Sequence record: MT944117.1
Direction: 5' to 3' (one strand)
DNA length: 64,000 nucleotides
Source: Escherichia phage PNJ1809-36
Every line of letters starts with the position of its first letter. The first letter of the stretch is position 1. Below the pieces are notes generated by a model. That model saw only the letters and a list, made by a program, of their open reading frames with translations. It did no database searches and had not been told where the DNA came from. Both the position numbers and the translations under genes were made by a program. This document shows, piece after piece, positions 28,590 to 38,052 of the stretch.

Positions 28590-28952
28590 TTAACCTAAAC
28601 ACATACGTGCGATCAGACCCTGGATGAGTTTATCTGCTTCTTCACGATCATAGTCGGTATCTTCTATACCACCATCTTCGTCACGATAAACTTTACCTTC
28701 CAGGTACCCAGCATCGATCAAACCAATAATCAAATCGAACTGCCAGCAAGAGTTACCGAAAGGGCGTTTTCCACTGAAACTATCTTCTTCTTCCTAAAGC
28801 GTAGAGAGCAGTCGTCTGAAATATTCACGCACAGTAACAGTGCCAAGATCATCGTCTTCAAAAACAACATCTAAAGCATCTGGTTCAGCTTTCTCTACAA
28901 CAGGCACATAACGTTGACCATTAATAACAACATCTACGATTGTTTCTCTCAT
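28590..28952 (-). pseudogene. 120-codon reading frame interrupted by a single in-frame TAG (28794-28796)
   Basis: ATG at 28950-28952 overlaps upstream stop; 52 codons, then TAG, then 67 further sense codons in the same frame with no start of their own. Confidence 0.4.
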
Positions 28953-29311
28953 TTTTCCTCCTTTTTGTATTCAATGAACATATCTGTATAGTAAGCTTTA
29001 CGTTCTTCAAATTTAGCAGGGTTTACCACAATGAACAACACCTTTCTGTTGTCTTGTGGTTCTTTGACTGTAATATATAAATCTTTTGTGCAATAGAAAC
29101 CTGTGGCTTTGTAAGCGTCACCCCAATTATCCACTCCACGATCTATACGATCAAACTTGCAGTTATACTTTTTATCATCCACCTGGTAGACAGCCTCCCC
29201 ACCATACCAAGTGAAGAATTGGCTACCTTCCACCCCAATCTTGAAACCATCACGGGCGGCTGTAGCATTGGTGGCAATCATCAACATAAGGACACAAAGT
29301 AGCCTTTTCAT
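28949..29311 (-). CDS. secreted protein (120 aa)
   Basis: ORF track; signal peptide MKRLLCVLMLMIATNATAA. Confidence 0.5.
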   Translation of the reverse strand: MKRLLCVLMLMIATNATAARDGFKIGVEGSQFFTWYGGEAVYQVDDKKYNCKFDRIDRGVDNWGDAYKATGFYCTKDLYITVKEPQDNRKVLFIVVNPAKFEERKAYYTDMFIEYKKEEK

Positions 29312-29617
29312 TTAGAATTCCTCTTCAGTCTTCTGTCGGTTTTTGAAGAATACTACGTCATATACCTCTCCGTAACCATCTTTTACACAAAACATAATAA
29401 AACGATCATCTTCTGCTGTTGGTGCACGATGTTCAAGTTCAAAACTTTCAATAAAACCGCGTGAATTTACGTAGTAGATTTCATCCTCACCAGAGAACAT
29501 CCAATCCCTGTCTATCAGATAGAAAGCTAAACTCACAGGCGACAACTCATCCTTCACAGAATCATTGTACAGCATGTGGGCTGCAACTGCCAAACTTAAA
29601 GTCGTATTGTGCCGCAT
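29312..29617 (-). CDS. small protein, paralog family B (101 aa)
   Basis: ORF track; paralog of 29617..29925 (TLSLAV, YELE-RAP, DEDD-YIM-YV). Confidence 0.5.
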   Translation of the reverse strand: MRHNTTLSLAVAAHMLYNDSVKDELSPVSLAFYLIDRDWMFSGEDEIYYVNSRGFIESFELEHRAPTAEDDRFIMFCVKDGYGEVYDVVFFKNRQKTEEEF

Positions 29618-29925
29618 TACATCTCCTCGTCGGACTTCAAGGCTTTAGAGAATACTACATTAAACATTTCACCGCAACCATTATTAACATAATACATGAT
29701 GTAATTATCATCTTCGTCTACAGGCGCACGATACTCCAGTTCATAACTATACAAATTAGAATCACTTGTGCAACCTTGTGGATACCAAAAGTAGAGTTCA
29801 TCCCCAGATTCTACCCATTTAAGACCAGTCCGATCTTCAAACACCAATGTAGAAGGGTTTTCTGAATCTTTCACAGCTTCTTCATACTGTTGATGTACCA
29901 TAACTGCTAATGATAATGTACTCAT
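29617..29925 (-). CDS. small protein, paralog family B (about 102 aa)
   Basis: ORF track trimmed from GTG to adjacent ATG. Confidence 0.5.
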   Translation of the reverse strand: MSTLSLAVMVHQQYEEAVKDSENPSTLVFEDRTGLKWVESGDELYFWYPQGCTSDSNLYSYELEYRAPVDEDDNYIMYYVNNGCGEMFNVVFSKALKSDEEM

Positions 29926-30098
29926 CACGCCTCCAAATAGTGTTTACAAATGACAAAACGCCATGTTTGTTTGTAATAGTCTCTTTTTTCAAGAGCCTCT
30001 TTGTAAGAGGGTATACGTTGCGACAGAAGCATCCATTCACAATCTGCACCCATTCTTCCATAAAGCGCGTAACGGATGTTACTTTGTTTATCTCCCAT
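29925..30098 (-). CDS. hypothetical protein (57 aa)
   Basis: Manual translation MGDKQSNIRYALYGRMGADCEWML...; AAGGAGG SD; stop overlaps next start. Confidence 0.4.
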   Translation of the reverse strand: MGDKQSNIRYALYGRMGADCEWMLLSQRIPSYKEALEKRDYYKQTWRFVICKHYLEA

Positions 30099-30141
30099 AA
30101 ATGCCTCCTTAATCTTGTTTACAAGTATACCCTCTAATTAG

Positions 30142-30339
30142 TTACACTTTTTCCCAAGTACCAAAAGCACAGGAAGGGTAGATTCCAACTTGAGGGTTTC
30201 CGTTATCATCTTTGAAAGTAAAACTGTTGTTGTCTTTATCAAGAACTGTAGAATAAATCTTACCAACAGTAACGCAGTTGGAAGCTTGACCCAGTTCAGT
30301 GAGAGTAAGACATTTCATTTTCTGTTTCTTTGTAGCCAT
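30142..30339 (-). CDS. hypothetical protein (65 aa)
   Basis: ORF track; own promoter upstream. Confidence 0.45.
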   Translation of the reverse strand: MATKKQKMKCLTLTELGQASNCVTVGKIYSTVLDKDNNSFTFKDDNGNPQVGIYPSCAFGTWEKV

Positions 30340-30369
30340 TTATAAAATCTCCTTAGTAAGTGAATCTTT

Positions 30370-30399
30370 ATTCTACACAAAGAGCTTTGCACATGTCAA
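30370..30399 (-). promoter_or_regulatory. sigma70-like promoter (TTGACA-18-TAGAAT) whose -35 is flanked by an 8-bp inverted repeat
   Basis: Minus-strand read acaaagagttacTTGACAtgtgcaaagctctttgtgTAGAAT. Confidence 0.45.
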
Positions 30400-30421
30400 G
30401 TAACTCTTTGTCAGATTAGTC

Positions 30422-30691
30422 TTAATGATTGGTGATGTTGATGACAATCTTAGTTTCAACCTTAGCCCAACAGTAATCTGCTTCATTAAAACGACTAGTC
30501 ACAATGTATTCTCCTGCACGAGAACCTGTTAAGCACACTGCACCTGTATCTGTAGCTAAGTAGTAGTCCCGTTCTTGTTCACTTACTTCTGAATCGTAGT
30601 AGTAGAAAACAGACATAGGTTCAATTTCAGATAAACGGTATAACTTTGGAACAGGGGATTTCTCGATAAACTCAACAGAAGTTTTACTCAT
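30422..30691 (-). CDS. hypothetical protein (89 aa)
   Basis: ORF track; TAGGAGAAAA SD. Confidence 0.45.
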   Translation of the reverse strand: MSKTSVEFIEKSPVPKLYRLSEIEPMSVFYYYDSEVSEQERDYYLATDTGAVCLTGSRAGEYIVTSRFNEADYCWAKVETKIVINITNH

Positions 30692-30885
30692 TTGTTTTCT
30701 CCTAGATCTAAACTAATTAAGAAGTCACGAAGGATGATCATTTGTTCTGTAGACAATGATAATACACCTTCTCCATAAATATCACCAGACCATTCAGCAG
30801 TTAGATCTAGTGTACCAGTACCAGGAAACCAATCAACAGTGATCTGATTACCATTAGAGTCAGGTAGTATTCCACTGACTAACAT
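30688..30885 (-). CDS. hypothetical protein (about 65 aa)
   Basis: ORF track 30688..30924 trimmed to ATG with AGGAGAG SD. Confidence 0.4.
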   Translation of the reverse strand: MLVSGILPDSNGNQITVDWFPGTGTLDLTAEWSGDIYGEGVLSLSTEQMIILRDFLISLDLGENK

Positions 30886-31054
30886 AACACACTCTCCTAT
30901 TATTGTTCTTGATCTTACGATCATCTACCGATAAGAACAAGTACTTAAATCTCTGTTCTTCGAACATCTAACGATAGAGATTAATCTATTACATAATCTA
31001 TACTCGCTATCGCTCGACCCTTCGGGGTTAGGGTAGCATATTTTTTGAAAAAAG

Positions 31055-31378
31055 TCAACACTTATTTTTGGTAAGTAGATAAATCAATTGTTCACCTGCC
31101 TCTGGTGCATATAGTGCTTTAGTATCGAAGTCAAAGAAGTGAGTGACCCCTGTTACTTTGGATGCCTGAATAGATAATCGTGCAAGCTTAAGCAGATTAT
31201 CCATTTCCGCAATCTTTGCACGAAACACTGCACGTGTAGCGTCAAAAGCTGCATGTGGCATGTATTTACGATTTAGACTACTACGTTTAAATTTACGATA
31301 ATCTGCAATGATCCTGTTACGTTCTTTGTTTAAGTGCTTTACCAGTGCAGTATATACATGTGGTTCTTTGTTAGCCAT
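31055..31378 (-). CDS. hypothetical basic protein (about 107 aa)
   Basis: ORF track trimmed to ATG with AGGAGA SD. Confidence 0.45.
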   Translation of the reverse strand: MANKEPHVYTALVKHLNKERNRIIADYRKFKRSSLNRKYMPHAAFDATRAVFRAKIAEMDNLLKLARLSIQASKVTGVTHFFDFDTKALYAPEAGEQLIYLLTKNKC

Positions 31379-31583
31379 TGTTAATCTCCTCTTCATATGT
31401 TGGTAGTGCATGGTATGCGATCACAGGTGCCAAGTCAAAATAAAAATGACCATTGATAACAGCTATCGTGCCATTGCATGTTTTGTTAACTTCACAGAAT
31501 CCCTTCTTGCCGTTTGCCATGATTACAAGCCACTCTCCGATAGGAACATCCTCAGTACCAGATACTTTAATCCATCCACTCAC
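31371..31583 (-). CDS. hypothetical protein (70 aa)
   Basis: ORF track. Confidence 0.45.
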   Translation of the reverse strand: MSGWIKVSGTEDVPIGEWLVIMANGKKGFCEVNKTCNGTIAVINGHFYFDLAPVIAYHALPTYEEEINNG

Positions 31584-31840
31584 TTTACTTCCCCTTTGTA
31601 ATCGGACACTATACCAGGTCTTACTTTTGCCTTAAGATGTTTCAACTCTGCCATAGGAGTTGCCACTTGTATAAGGTTAATAATTTCAACCTCGTAGATA
31701 GTATACTCATAACCCGCATACTTCCCGATGGAATGCAGGTATTTGATAGCATGTTCAGGTGAATCTGCTTCAACATACCCCAAATCTTTTGTAGTGCGGC
31801 CTTCACAGTCGCCTTCTGTAGTTACGTGATAAAGTGTCAT
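31580..31840 (-). CDS. hypothetical protein (86 aa)
   Basis: ORF track. Confidence 0.45.
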   Translation of the reverse strand: MTLYHVTTEGDCEGRTTKDLGYVEADSPEHAIKYLHSIGKYAGYEYTIYEVEIINLIQVATPMAELKHLKAKVRPGIVSDYKGEVK

Positions 31841-32160
31841 AAAACCTCCTTCTTGTTGGCTGCTTCAATCATAGCGTTAAGAGTCTCCATACCGCTTTCA
31901 ACTGCTTGAGCAATCTCTTGGAACACAGACTTCTTAAAGATGTATAAAGACCCTGCCTGTAAGCGTTGCACACAACATAAAATCGCTTGGTGATCCATCA
32001 GGAAGTCGCCGTAGGCTGAATCAATCTTACCTGTAATTGGGTTCTCTCGTGAACGAGGATCGTATTCTAATGTGATATGCGTTACACCAGGTAAAGTAAC
32101 AAACTGACAACGGATGTTGACACGTGGTGCAATTGACACGCTAAACAGGCTGTTTGACAT
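31837..32160 (-). CDS. hypothetical protein (107 aa)
   Basis: ORF track. Confidence 0.45.
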   Translation of the reverse strand: MSNSLFSVSIAPRVNIRCQFVTLPGVTHITLEYDPRSRENPITGKIDSAYGDFLMDHQAILCCVQRLQAGSLYIFKKSVFQEIAQAVESGMETLNAMIEAANKKEVL

Positions 32161-32307
32161 TTAAACCTCCTCGTAGTAAGGCAAAGCTTTAATCAATTGT
32201 TCTGAAGTACCATTCTCTATCCACGTAGCCCCGTTGTCAAGAGAAACATACCCTTTCTTATCGATAAATTTACGGAGACAGCCAGTGAACTTGTTTTTGT
32301 AGATCAT
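32161..32307 (-). CDS. hypothetical small protein (48 aa)
   Basis: Manual translation MIYKNKFTGCLRKFIDKKGYVSLDNG...; start overlaps upstream stop (ATGA). Confidence 0.3.
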   Translation of the reverse strand: MIYKNKFTGCLRKFIDKKGYVSLDNGATWIENGTSEQLIKALPYYEEV

Positions 32308-32747
32308 TTCTTCTTTCCTTTCTTTAATTTGTTGTGACCTTTACCCTTATAAAGCTTGTGATTACGAGCAGACGGGTTATTTTGGTTCTCCAGTCGGCTA
32401 ACAGGTGTATTCCAAAGGTTTCCTGCTACAAAAGATGCTGCCACAAGTTCTTCCAGGTATACAAAATCCAAAGCAGGTATCTTTGTTTCCCTCATCTCGC
32501 GTTCTACATTAGACAACACGCCTTCTTCCTTACTATCTTCTTTTTCAATTACAGACCAACCCTCTTCCTGCCAAGCTTCCCCTCTGAACCAAGTTTCCAT
32601 GTTATAACCTTGTTCGTCGAGAATAACACCATCTCGCATCTCAAACCATTCGCCACCACAAAAATGGCGGTGCTCAACACGTCTACCTTCCTTCATTGCT
32701 TCTTTAGCTTCGAGCCAAGTCAGTTTGATGTTTTGGATGTTTTGCAT
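32304..32747 (-). CDS. hypothetical protein (147 aa), first gene of leftward operon
   Basis: ORF track; GGAGAA SD; lysine-rich C-terminus. Confidence 0.5.
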   Translation of the reverse strand: MQNIQNIKLTWLEAKEAMKEGRRVEHRHFCGGEWFEMRDGVILDEQGYNMETWFRGEAWQEEGWSVIEKEDSKEEGVLSNVEREMRETKIPALDFVYLEELVAASFVAGNLWNTPVSRLENQNNPSARNHKLYKGKGHNKLKKGKKK

Positions 32748-32777
32748 TTGTTTTCTCCTTTTGTTTGGTAGGAGTTG

Positions 32778-32805
32778 ATCTTAACAAGATTAAAAAGTAT
32801 GTCAA
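32778..32805 (-). promoter_or_regulatory. leftward sigma70-like promoter (TTGACA-16-TAAGAT)
   Basis: In the 114-bp divergent intergenic region; minus-strand read. Confidence 0.5.
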
Positions 32806-32808
32806 TAC

Positions 32809-32836
32809 TTGATCTGAAATTATTTTCAGGTATCAT
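32809..32836 (+). promoter_or_regulatory. rightward sigma70-like promoter (TTGATC-16-TATCAT)
   Basis: About 25 nt upstream of the ATG at 32862. Confidence 0.4.
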
Positions 32837-32861
32837 GTATGAACATTAACAAGAGAGGTAG

Positions 32862-33155
32862 ATGATGAACATTACTTTAGCAACTAAGAATATTTCTGAA
32901 ACAATTAACGGTTTTGGTGTTATTGTAGCCTTGCACGGTAACAACGAGAAATGGTTGGCTTCTTTTGAAGAGGATCGTCAACACAATATCATTTTAGACG
33001 CTCCTATAAAAGTTATGCATATCCTTGGTGAAAACAAAGTGCTCACTTCCTCCCGTTCAAAGGAACAAATTACAAACGAATTAGTAAAACTGCTTGACAA
33101 TGTTCTTAACATGTTCGATAATGCACCTATCGACACAAAACGTGTCTTAATGTGA
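32862..33155 (+). CDS. hypothetical protein (97 aa)
   Basis: ORF track; AGAGAGG SD. Confidence 0.5.
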   Translation: MMNITLATKNISETINGFGVIVALHGNNEKWLASFEEDRQHNIILDAPIKVMHILGENKVLTSSRSKEQITNELVKLLDNVLNMFDNAPIDTKRVLM

Positions 33156-33167
33156 AAGGAGAATATA

Positions 33168-33659
33168 ATGGCTTACCCTGATTACATTGACGAACGTGCT
33201 ATGGGTTTCTTCCGTAACTTCTTGGTTGGTCGTTCTCACGGAGACAACGGTTCCAGTTATAAAACAAGCTGGGATAGTCAATGTGGCGCTAAGGCTACCA
33301 AAACTTTGAAAATGCCAGGTCGTCCGTTGTGCGCGTATTGTGGTAATGAAGCCTTAGCTCTTCAACCTGGTATTGAACATGGTGATTATACTATTAAAGG
33401 TTACACTTGTGTCTGCAAAGGTGCAATGGACGAGGCGGATTGGGTAAAAGAAAAAGCAGAGATGGAGGAACGCCATAAACGAGAAGTTTATGAAATGGAA
33501 AAACGTATGCCTGTTCCAGATTTGCAAGTTAAGAAAAATATTGTTGCGAAAATGATGGAAAAAGTCCAGAAAGCAGAGACGGAAGAAGACCTAAACCGTG
33601 CACTGGAAAACTTGCGTAATTTTAAAGAAGAAAAAGAGTTGCGCGAGATTATGTGGTAA
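33168..33659 (+). CDS. hypothetical Cys-containing protein (163 aa)
   Basis: ORF track; CAYCG...CVCKG; AAAGGAGAA SD. Confidence 0.5.
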   Translation: MAYPDYIDERAMGFFRNFLVGRSHGDNGSSYKTSWDSQCGAKATKTLKMPGRPLCAYCGNEALALQPGIEHGDYTIKGYTCVCKGAMDEADWVKEKAEMEERHKREVYEMEKRMPVPDLQVKKNIVAKMMEKVQKAETEEDLNRALENLRNFKEEKELREIMW

Positions 33660-33696
33660 GGTATACTATTTCCATCAATTAAGAGAGGAGAACCAA

Positions 33697-33984
33697 ATGT
33701 ATTATTCACAAGATGAAGTAGCAAACATTAAACTGGCAGTGGGCGATCTTATTGTGTCACCTAACTACTATTGGGATAACACAGATTTGGTTGAAGTAGT
33801 AACCTATGTTGGAGTTGAAGGTATTGTGCTCTACACACTAGGTGGAGGTGTTGTTGGGGAAATGGAACGTTATACGACAACGAAGAAACTGGTAAGCTCT
33901 TATCACATGTTTTTACACCAAGGTTCGGAAGAGTATACAGCTTTCTTGTTGAAATTAGATGCAGATCGGGAGAAGGCACGATGA
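33697..33984 (+). CDS. hypothetical protein (about 95 aa)
   Basis: ORF track 33598..33984 trimmed to ATG with AGAGAGGAGAA SD. Confidence 0.45.
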   Translation: MYYSQDEVANIKLAVGDLIVSPNYYWDNTDLVEVVTYVGVEGIVLYTLGGGVVGEMERYTTTKKLVSSYHMFLHQGSEEYTAFLLKLDADREKAR

Positions 33985-34337
33985 AAATTGTACACGATGA
34001 AATTCAAATAGAAGAAAGTGACCTGATGGATTTGGATGCAGCTTTGGGGAAGGTAATCTATGCAGGAATTAAAGCCTTCCGTGAGAAGGCAAACAATAGC
34101 ACGTTTGTCATGATCCCCACTAAACTGATGCGTGTTTTGTATCCAAATAGAAGTGCGCCGTATACAGATGAAGAAGAGGAGACAGGTAGAAGAGAGTGGT
34201 TAAATATTTTAGAAAAGATGGAGAATGCTTTTATTGATAGTGGTAATCCAGAAATCGTGTATGCTGAAGATCAAAGGAAGGCACGGTTAGAGGGCCGTCT
34301 TTTATTCGCTAGTTATTTTGATAATCTTTGGAGCTAA
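33981..34337 (+). CDS. hypothetical protein (118 aa)
   Basis: ORF track. Confidence 0.45.
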   Translation: MKIVHDEIQIEESDLMDLDAALGKVIYAGIKAFREKANNSTFVMIPTKLMRVLYPNRSAPYTDEEEETGRREWLNILEKMENAFIDSGNPEIVYAEDQRKARLEGRLLFASYFDNLWS

Positions 34338-34339
34338 AT

Positions 34340-34516
34340 ATGTCTGAATTCTTCACAATGGCTTTCTTAGGGATCTATCTGATTATTAGTGCTGTTGGCT
34401 TAATCATGTCTCTAATAGAGGAAATGGGGATTAAGTGGAATTGTGCATTCGGTATAGCTCTTATGCTCACTCCAGTTTGGATTTACATTTGCAAATCGGT
34501 TGAACTAATTGGTTAA
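34340..34516 (+). CDS. small membrane protein (about 58 aa)
   Basis: ORF track trimmed to ATG; two hydrophobic segments. Confidence 0.4.
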   Translation: MSEFFTMAFLGIYLIISAVGLIMSLIEEMGIKWNCAFGIALMLTPVWIYICKSVELIG

Positions 34517-34526
34517 TGGAGGTAAT

Positions 34527-34865
34527 ATGTTTAGTAAAGAAATGAGAGAGGTAATCGCTACTCTGGTAGTTGATCATGGTGTTGAAGTTGAGCGTCACGT
34601 TTGGAAAGACGAGCCTCCTTTCTTTGATTTGGCATCACGGGCTAAAAGTCACATGTATCTCCTTGAAGATGATAAGGATTTTATTCTGCGTATGCGTTAT
34701 GATCGAGAGTTTAGAATTCCTCTTGACACAGATCCTGATGATGTAGTATTGTGGTTGGCAGAGCATTTCGCATTTAACGCTCTACATGGAAGAAGTTTTG
34801 GTAATGAACGTTGGGATACCATTTGTCGTAAACATAATATTGAACCAGAATACGGGAGTATGTAA
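34527..34865 (+). CDS. hypothetical protein (about 112 aa)
   Basis: ORF track trimmed to ATG with GGAGG SD. Confidence 0.45.
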   Translation: MFSKEMREVIATLVVDHGVEVERHVWKDEPPFFDLASRAKSHMYLLEDDKDFILRMRYDREFRIPLDTDPDDVVLWLAEHFAFNALHGRSFGNERWDTICRKHNIEPEYGSM

Positions 34866-35116
34866 TGTTAAGTATCAAACCTAAAATGATTACTGAAGAT
34901 CAAAAAGATTACATTTATAAATGTGGTCGGGTGTGGAAAGAATACACTAAAGGTAATGAAGTTATTGTAGTTACGGAACATGCTATTTCTTTATCAGATC
35001 TTTTTGGTGATTATTTGCAAGTCATTAAAATTGGTATTGACAGAGGTTTGGTGCAGGTGTTAACATTATCCCAAGTTGAAGCAGAACACTTAGACAAAAT
35101 CATTGTCGAGTTCTAA
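34865..35116 (+). CDS. hypothetical protein (83 aa)
   Basis: ORF track. Confidence 0.45.
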   Translation: MLSIKPKMITEDQKDYIYKCGRVWKEYTKGNEVIVVTEHAISLSDLFGDYLQVIKIGIDRGLVQVLTLSQVEAEHLDKIIVEF

Positions 35117-35129
35117 GAGGAGAAAGAAT

Positions 35130-35294
35130 ATGATCTCTTTAGAATCAATAGCTTTTAAGAAAGGGTATACCGCAGGGTTCAAGTTTGGTATGTTTAATAA
35201 AGTAAATCCATATTGTCCAATGACACACAAAAAGGAATTCGAAGAATGGGAAGATGGATTTTCTAAAGGCTATCAGGCAAAAGGTTGGTTGTAA
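35130..35294 (+). CDS. hypothetical protein (about 54 aa)
   Basis: ORF track trimmed to ATG with AAGAGGAGAAAG SD. Confidence 0.4.
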   Translation: MISLESIAFKKGYTAGFKFGMFNKVNPYCPMTHKKEFEEWEDGFSKGYQAKGWL

Positions 35295-35303
35295 GGAGAG
35301 AAT

Positions 35304-35468
35304 ATGATTTTAAACTTCATCATCAACTTGTGTTTGACATTGGGATTACTCTGTGCAATAGTATCCCCTCTGGTTGGTGAATATTGTTCTGAACTGGCGA
35401 TGTTTATAGTTCTTGGTGCGGCTATTGCTAATATGTTTATCGCTGCGATTTGTATGTTGTGGGAATAG
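35304..35468 (+). CDS. small membrane protein (54 aa)
   Basis: Manual translation MILNFIINLCLTLGLLCAIVSPLV...; AAGGAGAG SD. Confidence 0.4.
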   Translation: MILNFIINLCLTLGLLCAIVSPLVGEYCSELAMFIVLGAAIANMFIAAICMLWE

Positions 35469-35479
35469 GAGGGAAGTTT

Positions 35480-35836
35480 ATGAAAAAACTAATCTTAGCC
35501 ACATTGCTGGCTACCGTAAGCTTCACCACTTACGCTCAAAAATTTGTAGCAGTTAAAACGGATATTGGTAAAGATGTTGTGATCACAGGCAACAAATTTT
35601 ACTATACACCTGGGAATGGTGTTCTAGAAGAGTGCCAAGATGTTGAGGCATATACAGGAAAAGAAGATAACACGGAACGTCCTTTTTATTCGATTATAGC
35701 TACTTGCAAAAATGAAATAGTAGCTATTAAACAATACAAAGATGCCCCTGGAGGAGAGTACTTGTTAGTCAAGAATATTAAGAGTGAAAAAACTGCAAAG
35801 TTTACAGTAATTATTTTAAAAGGAGAAACGTTCTAA
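35480..35836 (+). CDS. secreted protein (about 118 aa)
   Basis: ORF track trimmed to ATG with GGAGGGAAG SD; signal peptide MKKLILATLLATVSFTTYAQ. Confidence 0.45.
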   Translation: MKKLILATLLATVSFTTYAQKFVAVKTDIGKDVVITGNKFYYTPGNGVLEECQDVEAYTGKEDNTERPFYSIIATCKNEIVAIKQYKDAPGGEYLLVKNIKSEKTAKFTVIILKGETF

Positions 35837-36975
35837 TGAAATACACTATTTTTGGAGATGTAGCTGTTGTAAATAAGGAATATGGCGTTGAAGCTAATAA
35901 ACTTCCTGCTGGAGTTTGGGTTGTCAACTGCGATCCGCACGGTAACTACTCTTTAGTGCGTGGCGAAAGTTTCTCTCTTCCGAACACTCTTTATGGGGAA
36001 ACTAAAGATCGCGCCGCACATGTTATTAAAACATTTGCTCGTCGTAGTAAAGAAGGTAAAAATACTGGGGTGTTACTGACAGGGACAAAAGGCAGTGGTA
36101 AGACGATGTTAGCTAAACTGATTAGCATGTCTCTAATGTCCACAGAAGGTTTAGGTATTCCAACCATTTTGGTTACACAGCCTTACACAGATGCTGGATT
36201 CTTAGAATTTATGAGTAAAATTACAGATCGTGCTGTTGTTTTATTTGACGAATTTGATAAAGTGTATGCTAAGAAAGAAGATCAGGAAGCACTGTTGACC
36301 TTGTTGGATGGAACAGGAAGTGGGAATAAACTTTACATCCTCACTAAAAATAGTGGTTATATCTCGGAATATTTTGTAAACCGTCCTAGTCGTATCTACT
36401 ACAGTTTCAATTACGATAAACTGTCTAGTGAAACTATGTTAGATTACTTGGATAAGAACTTGGTAAATAAAAAACACGTAGATAACTTCCAACGTTTATG
36501 GGATGTTAGCACAGAGTTGTCTTTCGATGTTATTCAAGGCATTGTAGAAGAATTGAATTTCTATCCAAAAATGACTTTTAAAGAATGTCTTGAAATGATG
36601 GGTATTTCTTTAGGCAATGATGCTAAATGGAATGTGGTTTCTATTGTAGCTAATGGCAAAACCTTGAAGGTGAATTGGATCAATAACTGGCACGACTTTA
36701 CCCCTACTAAGTTTTTGTCGGGTGCTTGTTCCTTGAACATCTATCTACAAAGCTTGAAAGATGATGAAGTGGAAGCAATGGAAACCAATAGTTATGTTAT
36801 CCTAGACGAAGATGGCGACCCACATATTGATCTATGTGCAACTGCTGATGGTCTAACTTGTGATCTGATTGAAGGTGGTAAGATCCTGGTGATGAGCACT
36901 ACACCAGGAAACACTCTGCGAGTGGTGCTGGAGCCTGTAACGCAGCGATCTACCACACTGGGTAGCGTATTCTGA
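35836..36975 (+). CDS. AAA+ ATPase
   Basis: 379 aa; Walker A GTKGSGKT, Walker B VVLFDEFDK. Confidence 0.55.
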   Translation: MKYTIFGDVAVVNKEYGVEANKLPAGVWVVNCDPHGNYSLVRGESFSLPNTLYGETKDRAAHVIKTFARRSKEGKNTGVLLTGTKGSGKTMLAKLISMSLMSTEGLGIPTILVTQPYTDAGFLEFMSKITDRAVVLFDEFDKVYAKKEDQEALLTLLDGTGSGNKLYILTKNSGYISEYFVNRPSRIYYSFNYDKLSSETMLDYLDKNLVNKKHVDNFQRLWDVSTELSFDVIQGIVEELNFYPKMTFKECLEMMGISLGNDAKWNVVSIVANGKTLKVNWINNWHDFTPTKFLSGACSLNIYLQSLKDDEVEAMETNSYVILDEDGDPHIDLCATADGLTCDLIEGGKILVMSTTPGNTLRVVLEPVTQRSTTLGSVF

Positions 36976-36991
36976 TACAGCACAAATAGCT

Positions 36992-37016
36992 AAACCCGCT
37001 TCGGCGGGTTTTGTTA
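36992..37016 (+). terminator. intrinsic terminator after AAA+ ATPase gene
   Basis: aaacccgc-UUCG-gcggguuu followed by U-tract. Confidence 0.65.
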
Positions 37017-37053
37017 TATTGATTTCAGTTTAATAGGAAGAGAATTGTTAGAT

Positions 37054-38052
37054 ATGCCAGTAAAGAAGAGTATTGAAACATATATGGAAGAATGTAAGCC
37101 GATAGCTGAGGCTAAAGGGATTACCATTCTCGGCACGTATGGAGAAGATAAAGGTGTGCATACGAAGATGATCAATCGTTGTGAGCATGGTCATGAATGG
37201 AATACTACAACGTTTCACAGTTTTAAAGATGGTCGAGGTTGTCCTAAGTGCGCCTACAGGGAACGTTCGAAAAAGAGAAGCAAAGCTATCACTATTCCAG
37301 ACCAGCAACACATACAAGATTTTATGAAGGTAGGTAAATTTAAGGAAGGCACTATTTTCACCAATACAGGAGAACGTAAAGGGTGTGATATAGTATGGAT
37401 GGTTGAATGTCCTGTTTGCTCTCATGATGAATATGTGGAAGCTGGGGTGTGTGATGGTAAATTCTATGCTACCGGAAGTCATCTTAAACGTGGGTGTCTC
37501 CCTTGCCGCTGTTCTACAAGTTACAAATACACAGAGGATCAGACCACCTATAGAACAAGAAAGGAAGTAGAAAGGAGAGGATATATATGGGTAGGATGGA
37601 TCGGTAAACCTTCAACAATGGGTAAGTTTAAATATGGATGTAAGGAGCACGGGGAACAGATAGGGCGTGCAGATGGTTTGCTACATAAGGGGAGTGGGTG
37701 TCCGCAGTGCGGGGGCCAAAACCAACAACAATGTTACATTAATCATATTTATGATGAAGATGGTATTCTTTGTGCACTGAAGTTTGGTATTGCCAATAGT
37801 AGTGATCGCCGTATCAAAGAACAGAATAGCCGCAATGTGTTTACTATGAGACAAGTTCAAGTGTGGCAGTTCCCCACTGTGAAGCAGTGCAAAAATTCAG
37901 AAAAGTATTGCAAAAAGGTGTTAGACACAGAAGCAGTGAGCAAATATGCTATGCCAGACGGCTACACAGAAACAGTGGAGCTATCTTGTCTGGCATCAAT
38001 ACAAAACATTTATAAACTTTATGGTGGAATATTACAGGAGGAAACATGTTAG
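37054..38052 (+). CDS. Cys-rich protein with repeated CxxC pairs (about 332 aa)
   Basis: ORF track trimmed to ATG with AGGAAGAG SD; GCPKC, CPVC, CLPCRC, GCPQCGG suggest several zinc ribbons; fold unknown. Confidence 0.5.
   Translation: MPVKKSIETYMEECKPIAEAKGITILGTYGEDKGVHTKMINRCEHGHEWNTTTFHSFKDGRGCPKCAYRERSKKRSKAITIPDQQHIQDFMKVGKFKEGTIFTNTGERKGCDIVWMVECPVCSHDEYVEAGVCDGKFYATGSHLKRGCLPCRCSTSYKYTEDQTTYRTRKEVERRGYIWVGWIGKPSTMGKFKYGCKEHGEQIGRADGLLHKGSGCPQCGGQNQQQCYINHIYDEDGILCALKFGIANSSDRRIKEQNSRNVFTMRQVQVWQFPTVKQCKNSEKYCKKVLDTEAVSKYAMPDGYTETVELSCLASIQNIYKLYGGILQEETC

Noticed and set aside
31012-31045. Hairpin gaccc-UUCG-ggguu followed by a T run on the plus strand at about 31012-31045
   Set aside because: No plus-strand gene ends upstream, the T run is 10 nt from the stem, and on the minus strand it is not followed by a U-tract; the nearby TTGACT lacks a properly spaced -10.
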